From Pristiophorus japonicus (lineage: Eukaryota): a stretch of DNA of 64,000 nucleotides. The stretch lies in the NCBI RefSeq assembly GCF_044704955.1, contig NC_091987.1, positions 188,728,001 to 188,792,000 on the forward strand. The letters are read 5' to 3'. The notes under the pieces were generated by a model. It saw only the letters and a list, made by a program, of their open reading frames with translations, searched no databases and was not told where the DNA came from. A program made the position numbers and the translations under genes. Positions 38,111-52,003 of the stretch are shown in pieces (position 1 is the stretch's first letter; each line of letters starts with the position of its first letter).

Positions 38111-38664
38111 CAAAAAAAACTTGTGTATTTGCTAAGCTTTGTTTCAAAGTTGTGAAGTAATGATTCTGTTCCTGGATTACTCAGTGGCACCTTAGACCCT
38201 GCTCCAGCAAAGATGTCCAAGATAGTGATGGTGTGTTAGTGACGAGCTCAGATTTCAGAGAATAAACAGGGCCAAGCATGTGTCTACTGTGGATAAGGCA
38301 TTACTTCATGCCAACCAGCAGTGTCAATGGATCACAGCCGCGTGCTTCATATGAACTTTACTGTTCATGTGTCATGGGGGCACTGGTGACCGTCACTGCA
38401 TCTTTGTCTTTGCAGTGCTGGTGCTCCCCTGCTATATGGGTCAATTGACCCTCATGACATTTTTCTTGGTGCAATTCATATCTAGGCAGTAAAGACGCTG
38501 TATTTCCTTCAAAAGTTTCTCCTTCCATACCTTCAGTCAACTCCAGCGTACCCTAGCTTTCCATTCTTGGTCCCCTCCTGTTCATCAGTTATATGATAAC
38601 AATATCACCTGAAGTACGGTGCCAGCTTCCACATATCTGCCAATGATACTCCAGTTTACCTTCA

Positions 38665-39012
38665 CGGCAAATGAGCCAAAGGTGGGCAGAGGAAACATTA
38701 CCAAGACACCCTCAAAGCCTCCCTGATAAAATGCAACATCCCTACTGACACCTGGGAGTCCCTGCCAAAGACCGCCTTGAGTGGAGGAAGCGCATCCGGG
38801 AGGGCGCTGAGTCTCATCAGCGAGAGCGTGCAGAAATCAAGCACAGGTAGCGGAAAGAGCGTGCGGCTAAACTCCCACCCACCCTTTCCCTCAACGACTA
38901 TCTGCCCCACCTGTGACAGTGACTGTGGTTCTCGTATTCAGCCATCTAAGGACTCCTTTTTAGAGTGGAAGCAAGTCTTCCTCGATTCTGAGGGACTGCC
39001 TATGATGATGAT
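38665..39012 (+). mobile_element. RTE 3' fragment nested in an L2 remnant (~38530-39410)
   Basis: RTE C-terminal homology and (TGA)n tail; L2-like sequence resumes after it. Confidence 0.8.
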
Positions 39013-39414
39013 TACCTTTGCACCTCCCCAATCAATCCTGGGATTATTGTTAAACTCTCTGATTGCCCAATTGAGATTAAGGCATGCGTGAGTTGATAGT
39101 TTCTTCCGCTAAATGTCAGCAAAGTCCTCCTCTTCAGCTTCCACCACAACCTGGGTGCCTCTGGAGTTAACTCCATCGATTTGTCTAACTACCGCTCCAG
39201 GATAACTCTGAGTTTACAGACATTTGACATACTGCTTAATCCCAAGCTGAATTTCCATCCCTACATCCTTTACCAAGCACACTTTCTTCCATCTTTGCAA
39301 CATTGTTTGCCTCTGTCCTACCTCTGCTTCACCACCGCTGAAACCCTAATCATCACTTTGCAGCTCAATGTCTCAAATGGCCTCCAAGTTATCATCCACC
39401 TCAATTAATTCTGA

Positions 39415-40073
39415 CTCAATCGAGTGAGGTGGAAGTGGCCTCATCGTGGGGCAGGGTGGAGTGGCTGTCACTAGCAGGGTGGAAGTGGGGGTGGGGCGGA
39501 GTTACCGACACTGCAAGGCATCAGCGCGCACTGATGACATCATCACGCTGGTGCTTCACAACATCTCTCCCCTTCAGTTAAAGGGGAGGGCCGCTGTGAA
39601 CTCTGCAGCCACTTTAGTGGCAAATGGGCCACCAGGGAGGGTTTCGTCCAGACCAGTGGTTTGACACCTGCAGCCATAATTGTCGGCCCAACCTGGCAGT
39701 TGGCCGACAAAAAAAAAAACATGGCAGCAGCGGCAATGCATCCTCCCCTTTAAGGGAAGCCATATCGCCGCTGCAGAAGGCCTCAGCCTCACTGAACCAC
39801 CGGGAAAAAACAGGTTTTGGTACCACCGGGCGAGCTGAAAATTTTCATGGCGGTATTTCGCAGTTGGGGGGCTAGATCAGCTATGTGTACTGTGATGACT
39901 CACTTAACACAGATCGGCAGCAGCTGAGCGGGAGCGGGTCACGCGGGGATAAAACAGGAGCGGAATTTTGATAATGGCGACCATTATACGAAAAGTCAGC
40001 GGCCATTGCACTCCTCAGCATGGCTGCTGCTTTCCTGTGTTGAGGCCTTAAGGAAAGGGGCAATTTTGGCCCC
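39415..40073. mobile_element. Harbinger-type MITE, one end truncated
   Basis: GC-rich, ends CAATTTTGGCCCC, shares the gatgacatcatc and aaaggggagg motifs with the other MITEs. Confidence 0.55.
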
Positions 40074-41054
40074 TTTACATCATTGTGCCTCTTTCTTAAG
40101 CCCCTCTAACTCCTCACCACCCATCCTGCTATTATTACCTTCTAATAAAAGCCTACCAAACTGCACTTTTATCTCCACCAAGTTCCTTTTCTCTGTTCCC
40201 CTTTCCTCCCCCTGCTCTATAAAGTGCTTTCAGATGGCTTTCTGTGAGTACTATTGAAATGCAAGTTGTCAGACAAAAGCATGTAGATGCCTAAAATATT
40301 TAGATAAAGGTCATTTTTCTAAATGAGCACAGAAGAACGTCTTCTAACTGAAGCATCACACATCTCGCTGCGGTCAAAATAATCGCAATGCAAAAGATAT
40401 GAAAGAAATTCTTAGCATGTTATCGGCACAAATCAGTAAGTTTCCTGTCTAGAGCAGAGCTACAAGATATCTAGAACATCCTCAGACCACTGAGGCTGGT
40501 CTCTGTGACCACAAAGCAGTGTTATCAACACTTGCTCTATTTTCAGAACCCTGAGATCGACTCAGTAGAAATTAATTCATTTTCAGGCCATGGTCCAGCA
40601 GAAAAGAACTAAGTTGCAAAGGTTTAATTTCCTTCATCCAGTGAGTTGCTGTGTTTTCAGTCTAATGGAACGGTTGTACACCAACGAGGCTGATGATCTA
40701 CACTCACACATGATCTAATCTTAGTCGTCTCTGAAAAATAACCAGGGGACAAAAAAGTCGAAAAAAGAAGGACGCCCATTTATATATAGCACCTTTCACA
40801 ACTTCAAAATGTCCCAAAGAGCTTTATAGCCATTGAAGTACTTTTGAATTGGAGTCACTGTTGTAATGTAGGAAACTCGGCAGCCAATTTGTGCACAGCA
40901 AGGTCCCATAGACAGCAATGTGATAATGACAAGATCATCTGTTTTAGTGGTTTTTGTTGAAGGGTGACTATTGACCAGAACATTGGGGCGAACTCCCCAT
41001 GAAAGATTATGATTGTTACAATTTTTTTCAAAATGGTCCTTATTTAGTCAATAA

Positions 41055-43670
41055 TGGGTGGAGTAGTTGTCAATACCGTGTGGGGCCTCGGTTGGGGTGT
41101 ACAATTTGAATTATATAATGAATTTGCACTCGGCAAGATGGACTGCTAAATTTTGCGCCACTGGGGACTTAGTTTTAAAAATGGAGCAAGGCAGTACCGG
41201 AGGCATAAATGGCCTCTGTGGGCCGCTGCTAATGACTGCGCCCAATTTCACCTGAGTATCATTATAATGAGGCAGCTAGTCATTGGCCTTCTTAAAATGG
41301 ATGTTGGTTCGGGCAGGTTCTGGTCACTCTCATCATTTCAACGCTGCAAAAGGTCGGTCATGGCAGCTGGACAAGGCTCCACAAGGGCCACTAGATTTTC
41401 TGACCTGGAATTAGACACACAGATGGGGGATGGAGGCCAGGAGACAGATTCTTTTCCCTCCATTTGAGAAGCCTGCTCCACACATCTTCCTGCCATCTGG
41501 GCAGAAGTGGCTGCCAAGGTCTCAGACATCGCAGTCACAGACCGGATGCCAACACAGTGCAGAAAGAAGTTCAACGACCTCAGGCAAAGTGTGGCCAAAG
41601 TGAGCACATTTTTCCACAACTCTTACATAACAGCCTCTGAGCCTCTGTCTGTCTTCACAACGCCCACACACCAGCCTCTGAGCACACTCTGCAAACCAGC
41701 ACTCGGGGCACGATGGAGCCACAAACCATTTGTGCCCACTCATTTCATCTTTTGCTCTTTAAGCTGGCCAAGAATTTCTTCCACATACACAACTGGACTC
41801 TTACTCACCAAGCTTCCTTTCTTTTGAAGGCCAAAGTGGCACAAAACAGATGGCAGCAGCAACAGACAGGAGGGGGGTTGGGGGAGGGGGAAGCTGAACT
41901 GTGCCACCTAACTGATGTGAAGGAGCGAGTACTGTGACTTACAAGGAGAAGAAATGGGGGTGGGGGTGGGGATCGTTGAGCCCGTTGGGGGCAACATTGG
42001 TAAGTTAACCCCTTCCTCTCATCCCACCTGCCCGTTAAAGCAGAAGGCCTTTTCACTTTCCACATCCACATTCTGTGTCTGCCTTTCTTCCTGCATGCCT
42101 GCCCACCTTCTCTCACCTTAACGTGACTCTTGTACCATTTACATTTTCAGACAATGCCCCAGCCACTGAGCAGCCTGTGCTTGAGCCCTCCCCCCCCCCG
42201 CCCCCCTTCTCCTCACAACCCAGTCTACAGGGAGAAGAAATGAGGATGGGGGAGGAGGAGAAGCCAATCACCTAGTCATTGCTTCTCTCACCCGCAGGCA
42301 CCAGCTCAGATACTGGCACTACGCAGTCCTTAGAAGTTAGGTTAGTAGAAGGGGTCCTCATTGTGTGATGCACCGGGGCCTAGCCAGCTACAGTCGGGTC
42401 CAGGAGAAAGGGAAGCTCAGGAGCCAGCTTCTCGGAGGGCGGGTTCGCGCGCAAGTTCTGCTCCACAGGACTCAGTTAAGGACCTCGAAGTGGAGGCGGT
42501 CGAACAAAGGGTGATGACTTTGCACTCCGACATGATATGTGCAATCGCAAGGGTGCCCGAGAGCCTGTCACAAGTGATGAGGAGCGTGGAGGAGTCCACC
42601 TCCCGCATTGCAGACAGCTCTGCAGACACCCTGGAGCCCATCATTGCCAGTGTGCAGACGATGGTGGACTCCCAGAGTGACCGTGCGGATTCAGACTTCA
42701 TGACGTGTGTAATGGGCGATGTGGCAGCTTCCATTGTGGCACAGATGGAAGCAACACAATGGCTTGCTGATGCAATAGAATCAATTGGTTGCTCGCATGG
42801 ATGTTCAGACTGCTCTCATGCAGTCTCAACATGATGCCATGCAATGTCCTGCTGATGTCATGCAGTCTCAGCTGCATGCCACTGAAGCCCTAACTGCTGC
42901 CATCACCTCCGGGTCCCCCACAGTCGACAGGGGATCAGATGGTGTTGCAGCAGCCCAGCAATCTGTGCTCCATCATATTGGTGGGGATGCTGAGGTGTTG
43001 CCCCGGGGAGTGGCACTGGGTCAGTGGAGCAGGAAGCTGCTGTCCTCTCATCGGATGACAGCATTCCTGATCCCACCACTGCCACTCCGCCATTGCACTT
43101 GCCGCTGCCTGTCACCCAGCCAGCCCAGACTGCCGCCGCCCAGCCTGAGGTGGTACAGTCTGTTGCCAGGACTTCCAGGTCCAGAGCTGGTCAAGGGCAT
43201 CCTACAAGATCATCTGTAGTCTCTGGCCCTGACACACAGCAGCCTTCCAGCTGCAGCCACAGGGGAAACATATTGCAGAAAACTAGTTGATTCGTTTTGC
43301 ATAAGGAAATGTACGTGGGCGAATGATAAATCCAATGTTAATGTTTCACTTTTTTTGTCATAAATGTTCATCGTCATCTTTAATATTTGGTGCTGTCTCT
43401 CATTTCAGTGTTGGGGATTTGGTGTGGAAGAGCTCATTGATGTGATGATGGGGAGGTGCACAGGAATCGGGAAGTGGGCTGGAAATCAGTCGAAGCGAGG
43501 TCTAATCAGACAATCGCAGACCACCCTTGCAGGATCGTGAAGGTGTCGACGCCTCCTCCTGTAGCTCCTCCTCCTACTGCTCCTGGTCCCTCCCCTCCTA
43601 AGGTGCAAAGGCAATGTCTGTGGGCAATGGCTGTGCCCTCATGATGGCCAGGTTGTGAAGCATGCAGCTT
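41055..43670. mobile_element. PIF/Harbinger remnant: spliced Myb/SANT pseudogene (+, ~41360-43290) convergent with transposase C-terminus (-, ~43480-43667)
   Basis: RATRFSDLEL...AIWAEVAAKVS...RMPTQCRKKFNDL (Myb/SANT) with GT-AG introns and in-frame stops; CMLHNLAIMRAQPLP followed by an acidic tail on the minus strand. Confidence 0.8.
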
Positions 43671-44051
43671 GGTTTTACACAGAAGGTTTTTTTCATTTCT
43701 TGCATTTGATTTGTAAACGTGAAACATAAATTGGAGTGATGTTTTCAGAGAAGCTGCTCCTCGGGTCTTGAGTGCCCTGATCGTTAATAGATTCAGATAT
43801 CTGACCGATATCGTGGGCAGGATCTGCATATTCACTGGCCAAGTTTGATTGACATTGGATCTTGCCATATCTCAATGCTCCCTGCACTACAGCTGGTTGA
43901 AGTGAATAATCCAATCTCTCAGGAGAAAGTTAACCAGAGACAAAGAAAATAAAAACTGATGCCTTTCACGACTTCAGGACGTCCCAAGGAGCTTTACAGC
44001 CAATGAAGTACTTTAAAAAAAAAAGATTGTAATCACTGTTGTAATGTAGCA

Positions 44052-44340
44052 AAGGGGTCGCCCATTTAAAACGGAAATGAGGAAGAATTTCTTCTTAGGG
44101 TGGTGAATCTTTGGAATTCTCTATTCCAGAGGGCTGTGGAAGCTGGGTCATTGAATATATTTAAGGTGGACATAGATAGATTTCTGAACGATAAGAGGGT
44201 CCAGGGTTATAGGGGGTGGGGGTGGGGGGGGGAAGTGGAGTTGAGGCCAGGATCAGATCAGCCATGATCTTCTTGAATGGCGGAGCAGGCTCGAGGGGCC
44301 AGATGGCCTACTCCTGCTCCAATATCTTCTGTTCTAGAAG
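44052..44340 (+). mobile_element. CR1 3' end
   Basis: FKTEMRKNFF...NLWNSL and the CR1 3' UTR. Confidence 0.85.
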
Positions 44341-44694
44341 TTCCGACATGTGGTGTGCATAATTTTCTGATCAAGAATTGCGATCAGAAAATCATACTTG
44401 ACGTGCACCTTTTTCGTGTTCTTTACCGTGTAGTCCTTACTATCAAAACACGAGAGAATAGAATTTCTAACTAGCTGCATCAGAACAGATATGTGGGAAA
44501 TCAAGCAGGAATCTCTTGCAATGGATCCTTTAGTGCCATGTAAGGGCTATTTGTAGAACATCATCTTCCCCCAATATGCTATTGTACAAAATCTGCAAAA
44601 CCTGAACTCAATTTTCCGTGTTATTTTCCCTCTCCAGCTAGTACCCTAACAGCTGCCACCCAAATAGATCATGTACCTAGACAACTTTGGTGCT

Positions 44695-44910
44695 AGCCTT
44701 GGCTCAGTGGCAGCACCATTGTATCTGAATCAGAACGCCTTGGCCTTGAGCCCCACTATCTAAACTGACATGTCAGCGAATGCTGGACTGTTGCAGGTGC
44801 TGTCTTTCAAATGAGATGTTAAACCAGGCTGCACTAAAAGACATAAAAGACCCCACGGCACTCTTCAGAGAAGCGAATAGGAGTCTTCTTGGTGGTCTCG
44901 CCAACATTTC
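44695..44910 (+). mobile_element. tRNA-derived SINE remnant
   Basis: A-box-like TGGCTCAGTGG head; related decayed pieces lie on - at ~520-690, 34700-34880, 40780-41000 and 45270-45460. Confidence 0.55.
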
Positions 44911-45494
44911 GTATGTAGGTGAGGTGGATGGTAAAATGAGAGGAAGCTGTACAAATATCAGTCTTGACTGATTGCATTTTGTTTCCCAACTTTTGCAATA
45001 TTTATGAGGAAATATCTAAATGTTGAAATAACAACATAAGAATTAAGAGCAGGAGTAGGCCATTCGAAGACTCGAGCCTGCTCCGCCATTCTGTAGGATC
45101 ATGGCTGATCTTCGACCGCAACTCCACTTTCCCGCCTGATTCCCATATCCCTCCGGTTCCCTAGAGTCCAAAAATCTATCGATCGCAGCCTTGAATATAC
45201 TCAACGACTCAGCATCCAGAAATATAATCCCTCTGTAGTGTAAAGCAACTTGGTTGCATTGTAAAGGAAACTTATTGTGCCTTTCACTGCCTCGGAGCGT
45301 CCCAGGGCGCTTTACAGCCAGTTAAGAGCTTTTGGAGTGTGGCCACTGTTGTAGGGTGTAGGGTGCAGCCGCCAGTTTGCGCGCAGTGGGCTCTCACAGT
45401 GTGGTGATTACCAGATGGTCTGTTTGTTTTTGGTGATGTTGGTTAAGAGATAAATGTTACCAAGACATTAACGACATTCTATAAATGTAAAAAG

Positions 45495-45623
45495 AAAACA
45501 CAGCGGATGCTGGAAATCTGAAATGAGAGCAGAAAATATTGGAAATACTCAGTGGGTCAGGCAGCATCTTTAGAGAGAGAAACAGAGTTACCATTTCGGG
45601 TCTGTGTCCCTTCGTCAGAACTG
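45495..45623 (-). mobile_element. Penelope-like terminal repeat with degenerate hammerhead
   Basis: Minus strand reads AGTT-CTGACGA-AGGGACACAGACCC-GAAATGGTAACT; homologous to 23160-23296. Confidence 0.65.
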
Positions 45624-46319
45624 TCACTCAATAAGATCATGGCTGATCTTCGACCTTGTCTCCACTTTCCCGCCCGATCCCCATTGGGGCTGCCTGACCT
45701 GCTGACTATTTCCAGCATTTTCTGTATTTATTCAATAAATGTAAAGTTGGTTGCAGAAGACCCTTTCAGCTTCAGTATTCTCCTCTCGTGTCCTGAAGAT
45801 GCTAACTCCTACAGAGCGGTGGCCCATTCTTCATGTATGTGCCTAGACGGTGAAGTGTTTGCTGGCTATTTGACTATAGGATGCCTCACACCTCCCACCC
45901 ACCTCCTCTTCTGGCTGGGATCAGCGCAGACCTGGGCTTGAACTTGGGTGGGGGGGACTTGCCTGGTCTGTCCATCTCTGGTTTCTAAAATTAACAAAAA
46001 AATATATATATATATAAAGTAACTGGTTTGTAGAGAGACCGACGGTAGTCAGTTGCAACAAGTGAAGATAGAAATGCAACATAATCGCTACAGACAGCAA
46101 CTCAAGAATGTGTGTAGTGTTTGGTCATTCTGGGTGCAGTTTCAGAGATATTAGTAACCAGGCAAGGCCATTACACCCAAACCACAGGGAGTGGTTAAAG
46201 CGAATAGTACAGATGCATTAAAGGGGACTCTAGACAAGCATCTAAATAATGTGGAGTATTGTGAGATGAAAACAGCATTGTGCTGTGTGGTGCAGTCCAT
46301 TTGACAACAATCTAACATC

Positions 46320-46745
46320 GTGAGCCGCCCCGACCTGTGTGAGAACACCACCGCAGGTTGGGACTATAAATACAGCTGGAGTGCTGGAACTGGAACATCG
46401 TGGGCGAAGGTGTGATGAATGAGGGTACGGGGCCCAGAAAAGCCGGGGGCCCAGGGACAGCACAGAACTGCCCACACTGCGATATGTGTGCACACTAGGT
46501 CCGTGCAGCAGAGCAGGTCTTCAATCGTCCTGGTTCAACTTTTGCCACTGGATAAAGGCCTAGCTCTGTTGAGCCCATGTGGTGGCTGATGTGCAACGGT
46601 CACCACACGTTAAAAAAATCCACCCACAGGCATCTTCCACCCTCTCAATGGAAGTTCAGGACTGGAACATCGGGTCCTTCATTGAAACATCTGTGAACTC
46701 TTGTTGGGAGCAAGTCATCCTCATTCGAGGGACCGCCTATGTTAT
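46320..46745 (+). mobile_element. Non-coding element with RTE 3' tail (second copy)
   Basis: Homologous to 36685-37253; ends GGGACCGCCTATGTTATGA. Confidence 0.75.
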
Positions 46746-46924
46746 GAGGTGAGCAGTTATTACATTGTTAAAACATCTGAAATAATCAAATCAGTGCAGA
46801 TACATTTGGTAGACTATAGAATTTCTCCTCTCCCCACCCTCAAACATAAAAATACACATTCAGAATTGAGTCCAAGACTTGGGGTAAAAAATATTAGGAA
46901 ATATTTTTTCATGTGAATAGCGAT
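46735..46924 (+). repeat. 190-bp direct repeat, copy 1
   Basis: Matches 51022-51211 with about 6 substitutions. Confidence 0.92.
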
Positions 46925-49900
46925 TAGGTCCTTACTATACAGTATAAATGCACACGAGGCCCATGCTTGAGATAAGGTCAGTCTGTGACCTGTCCTTTAT
47001 TCCTTAGTACTCAAGTGATGAAGGTGGGTGGAGCTTCCCCTTTTGTACCTGAAGGCCCAGGTTAGGAGTGTCTCCCACCTAGTGGTCATTGTTCTCACAG
47101 TGTACAACTTAGATCAGATTATACATGGATTACAATGCTGGTTGAATACATGACATCACCTCCCCCCCCCAAAGTCTTATTGGGATCACAGGTTGAGTCT
47201 CTCTGGTGGTTTACGCTATCTTGTAGAGCACCTGAGTTGGGGCTCCGGTTGTTGGGCGCTGGCCTGAGTGTCTGCTGTTTGCGGTGCCTCAGGCCTATCC
47301 AGACTGCCCACAGTAATTGGGCTCTCCTCCCTTTGGTTCCGGTGTTCGGTCACCTGTGGTGGAGTGAACTCTACATCGTGTTCTTCCTCTGCTTCTTCTA
47401 TGGGGTTGCTGAACCTCCTTTTTGTTTGATCCACGTGTTTGCGGCAGATTTGTCCATTGGTAAGTTTAACTACCAGAATACTATTTCCCTCTTTGGCAAT
47501 CACAGTGCCTGCGAGCCATTTGGGCCCTGCAGCATAGTTGAGGACAAAAACAGGATCATTTACATCAATACATTGCGCCCCCGCATTCCTGTCATGGTAG
47601 TCATATTGTGGCTGACGCCTGCTCTCGACAATTTCTTTCATGGTGGGGTGTATAAGGGATAGCTGGGTTTTGAGCGTCCTTTTCATTAGCAGCTCTGTGG
47701 GTGGAACCCCTGTGAGCGAGTGTGGTCGGGATCTATAGGCCAACAGAAGGCGTGATAAGCGTCTTTGTAGGGAACCCCCTTGGATTCTGAGCATCCCCTG
47801 TTTGATTATCTGCACTGCTCGTTCTGCCTGGCCATTTGAGGCCGGCTTGAACGGTGCCGTTCTGACATGGTTAATTCCATTGCCTGCCATGAAGTCCTAG
47901 AATTCAGTGCTTGTGAAGCATGGGCCATTGTTGCTGACCAAGATGTCCGGTAGACGTGGGCGGCGAACATTGCCCGTAGATTTTCTACCGTGGCAGAGGA
48001 TGTGCTTGAATTTAAAATGTCACACTCGATCCATTTGGAGTAGGCGTCTACTACAACCAAAAACATTTTTCCCATGAAAGGACCTGCGTAGTCCACATGG
48101 ATGACCAAGGCTTGGCGGGCCATGGCCAGGGACTAAGGGGGGCTTCCCTGGGTGCACTGCCCAGCTGGGCACACGTGTTGCACCTGCGAACACAAAGTTC
48201 CAGATCTGCGTCTATCCCTGGCCACCAAACGTGTGACCTGGCAATTGACTTCATCATGACAATGCCCGGGTGCTCATTGTGGAGTTCTCTGATGAACACC
48301 TCTTTGCCCTTCTGGGGCATGACTACGCGGTTTCCCCACAGTAGGCAATTGGCCTGAATCGAGAGTTCATCCCTGCGCCTGTGAAATGGTTTAAATTCCT
48401 CAGGGCATGTCCTGTATGTGGCTGCCCAGTCCCCATTCAGGACACATTTCTTGACTAGAGACAATAGCGGGTCTCTATTTGTCCAGACTTTAATCCGACG
48501 GGCTGTCACGGGTGAGCCTTCGCTTCCAAAAGCTTCAACAGCCATGACCATCTCAGCAGCATGCTCAGTAGCCCCTTCAGTGGTGGCTAGTGGGAGCCTG
48601 CTGAGTGCATCGGCGCAGTTTTCGGTGCCCGGTCTGTGCCGAATTGTATAGTCATAGGCGGCTAATGTGAGTGCCCACCTCTGTATGCGTTTGCATTTAT
48701 GGCCTCGTTGTCGGCCAAAAGGGATGTTAGGGGTTTGTGATCTGTCTCCAGCTCAAATTTCCTGCCAAACAGGTACTGGTGCATTTTCTTTACAGCATAT
48801 ACACATGCGAGCGCCTCCTTTTCTACCATCCCGTAACCCCTTTCTGCCTGGGACAGACTCCTGAGGCATAAGCTACCGGCTGTAACTGACCCTTGACATT
48901 GACATGCTGCAACACACACCCGACACCATAGGATGACGCATCGCACGTTAACACAAGTTTCTTAAATGGGTCGTATAGTGTTAACAGAGTGTTGGAACAT
49001 AACAAATGGCGTGCTCTATTAAAAGCCCTTTCCTGGCTGTCCCCCCCAGACCCATTCGCGACCTTTGCGTAGGAGCACGTGTAGCGGCTCTAGCAGCGTG
49101 CTCAATTTGGGAAGAAAGTTACCAAAATAGTTCAGGAGCCCCAGGAACGAACGCAGCTCCGTCGTGTTACGGGGTCTGGGTGCTCTCTGGATTGCTTCCG
49201 TCTTGGACGCAGTCGGGCTGATTCCGTCTGCTGCTACCCTCATCCCCAGGAATTCTACCTCTGGAGCTAGGAAGATGCACTTCGCCTTTTTCAGTGGCAG
49301 CCCTACCCGGTCCAGTCTGCGTAGCACCACCTCCAGGTTGTGGAGGTATTCTTCAGTATCATAACCTGTGATGAGGATGTCATCCTGAAAAACCACCATC
49401 CCTGGAATCGACTTGAGGAGACTTTCCATATTTCGTTGGAAGATCGCGGTGGCCGAGCGAATCCCGAACGGACATCTGTTGTACTCAAACAACCCCTTGT
49501 GTGTCGTGATGGTGGTCAGCTTCTTCGACTCACTCGCCAGCTCCTGGGTCATGTAAGCTGAGGTCAGGTTCAATTTTGAAAAAAGTTTGCCACTGGATAG
49601 TGTCGCAAAGAGGTCTCCGCTCTCGGTAGTGGGTACTGGTCTTGGAGTGATACCCGATTGATGGTGGCCTTGTAATCACCACATATCCTGACCGATCCAT
49701 CCGCCTTGAGCACCGGCATGATCGGGCTCGCCCAGTCACTGAATTCGACTGGTGAGATGATGCCTTCCCTCAGCAGGCGGTCCAATTCGTCTTCTATCTT
49801 TTCCCGCATCACATACGGCACTGCTCTGGCCTTGTGGTGTACTGGCCTGGCATCCGGGTTTATGTGAATCACTACCTTGGCCCCCATGAAAGTGCCGATG

Positions 49901-51021
49901 CTGGGTTGAAATAGTGAGTTAAATTTGTCCAGGATCTGTGAGCATGATACTCGCTCCACAGAGGAAATTGCATTGACATCGCCCCATTTCCAGTTCATGA
50001 CAGCAAGCCAACTCCTCCCCAGTAGTGCGGGACCGTCCCCTGGGACAATCCAGAGTGGCAACTTGTTCTCCGAATCTTTGTGGGTCACGACTACAGTGGC
50101 GCTGCCTAGCACCGGAATGATCTGCTTTGTGCAAATCTGTAGCTATGCGTCAATTGGCGATAATTTTGGCCTCCTGGCCTTGGACGGCCACAACTTTTTG
50201 AACTGTTTGATACCCATCAGGGACTGGCTGGCCCCCGTGTCTAGCTCCATTAATACTGGGATGCCATTGAGGAGCACTTTCGACATTATCGGTGGCGTCC
50301 TGGTGTATGAACTGTATACGTGCTCCACATGAACTCGCTGAACTTCAGCTTCCAGCGATTTCCCCTAGCGTTCATTTCTGCAATTTCTGCAGGTATTTTG
50401 CTCATCTCTGCAAACTCTGGCTGAGTGTGTGCCTCCACGCCTCCAACATGAGGAAACAAAAGGTCCCTTGCCAGTCGATCGTCCCTGACTGCCCCTGTGA
50501 CTGTCCTTGAATGCGCCATTAACAGGTGTTGATGGCCCCATTACTGGCCGCATTGTCCCTTGCAATGGTGTGAATCTCCGTTCAACTTGCCATTGTCTCT
50601 GCCGAACTCCCCCTCTGGTTTCGACTACATATTGGGGCATGCCCGATTGCCCTTGTCTGCCTGGTGAACTGTGTACTGCTTTAACAATGTTGAATCTCTG
50701 TCCCAACCATTCCTTAACACAGTACCTCTTGTCTGTTCTGCTAGTGGCCATGCTCGCGTGGTTTAAATCCCAGTTTCTCGTCGCCATTGATAGGTCCTTA
50801 CTATACAGTATAAATGCACGCGAGGCCCATGCTTGAGAGAAGGTCAGTCTGTGACCTGTCCTTTATTCCTTCGCACTCAAGTGAAGGAGGTGGGTGGAGC
50901 TTCCCCTTTTATACCTGAAGGTCGAGGTTTGCAGTGTCTCCCACCTAGTGGTCATTGTTCTCACAGTGTACAACTTAGGTCAGATTATACATGGGTTACA
51001 TTGCTGGTTGAATACATGACA
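46925..51021 (-). mobile_element. Ty3/Gypsy (Mag-like) LTR retrotransposon, gag largely deleted, pol decayed
   Basis: LTRs at 50788-51021 and 46925-47155; PBS TGGCGACGAG (tRNA-Ser(GCT)-like); G-rich PPT. Domain order PR (LDTGAS), RT (FQDD), RH (CDAS, TDHKPL), IN (HVDYAGP, SNGQAER). Confidence 0.95.
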
Positions 51022-51211
51022 GCCTATGTTATGAGGTGAGCAGTAATTACATTGTTAAAACATCTGAAATAGTCAAACCAGTGCAGATACATTTGGTAGA
51101 CTAGAGAATTTCTCCTCCCCCCACCCTCAAACATAAAAATACACAATCAGAATTGAGTCCAAGACTTGGGGTAAAAAATATTAGGAAATATTTTTTCATG
51201 TGAATAGCGAT
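51022..51211 (+). repeat. 190-bp direct repeat, copy 2
   Basis: Matches 46735-46924. Confidence 0.92.
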
Positions 51212-52003
51212 AACAAGACAGGCTGCAAAAGCTGCTAAGCTAAAAGAAAAGAACATAAAATGCTGGAAATACACAACAGATCAGTCACCATTTGTAGTGA
51301 GAAAAGATAGTGTTGGATCTCTTAATTTCCAATGAAATACGAACTCCGATTGTAGTTTTAATGTAACTTTATTCTGGAAGCAGCAACAAGCTTCTGGCTT
51401 TAAGCCAGGCCTTTGTCCTTCTGAGACCACATGGCCAAAATGGCTGTACTTATACCTGGTTCAATTTACAGAAAAGAACTCGCCTTCTTTGACCTTATTG
51501 GCTCAATTGATAGTCTTTTAACCTTTAATTGGCTCGCTACCCAAGGTCCTAAAATGTCAAGTTGATTGATAACTTAATGTAACATGCTGAGTTGCACGTA
51601 GCAGTTTTGACTTGGGGTCTGTGAATTTTCAAAACTGCAGCCAGACTGCAAAGCTTGAATTCTCTATCAATCCACCCTTTGATTCTTTCACAAACTGAAT
51701 CATAAAACATCAAGTATCACTGGTTAAACATTCTACAAAATAATTTCATACATGTTAATAGAGTTTCCTTCTAAAATGTGTTGATGTGTTTCACCACATG
51801 TCCGGACTAATAGCTTCCACACAAATTTACACCAACCCGAGTTCCATCGTGGCCACAATGGAAGTCTGGTTTTAGTAGGTTAATTAACCTTATAACAATT
51901 TAATCCAAATCAATATCTTAATTCAACCAGTAAACAACCTTCCCTTAAGCAAAACATACCCCTGTGCCCCGTACAGACGGTCTGCTGGGACCTGCAAGGT
52001 GTC

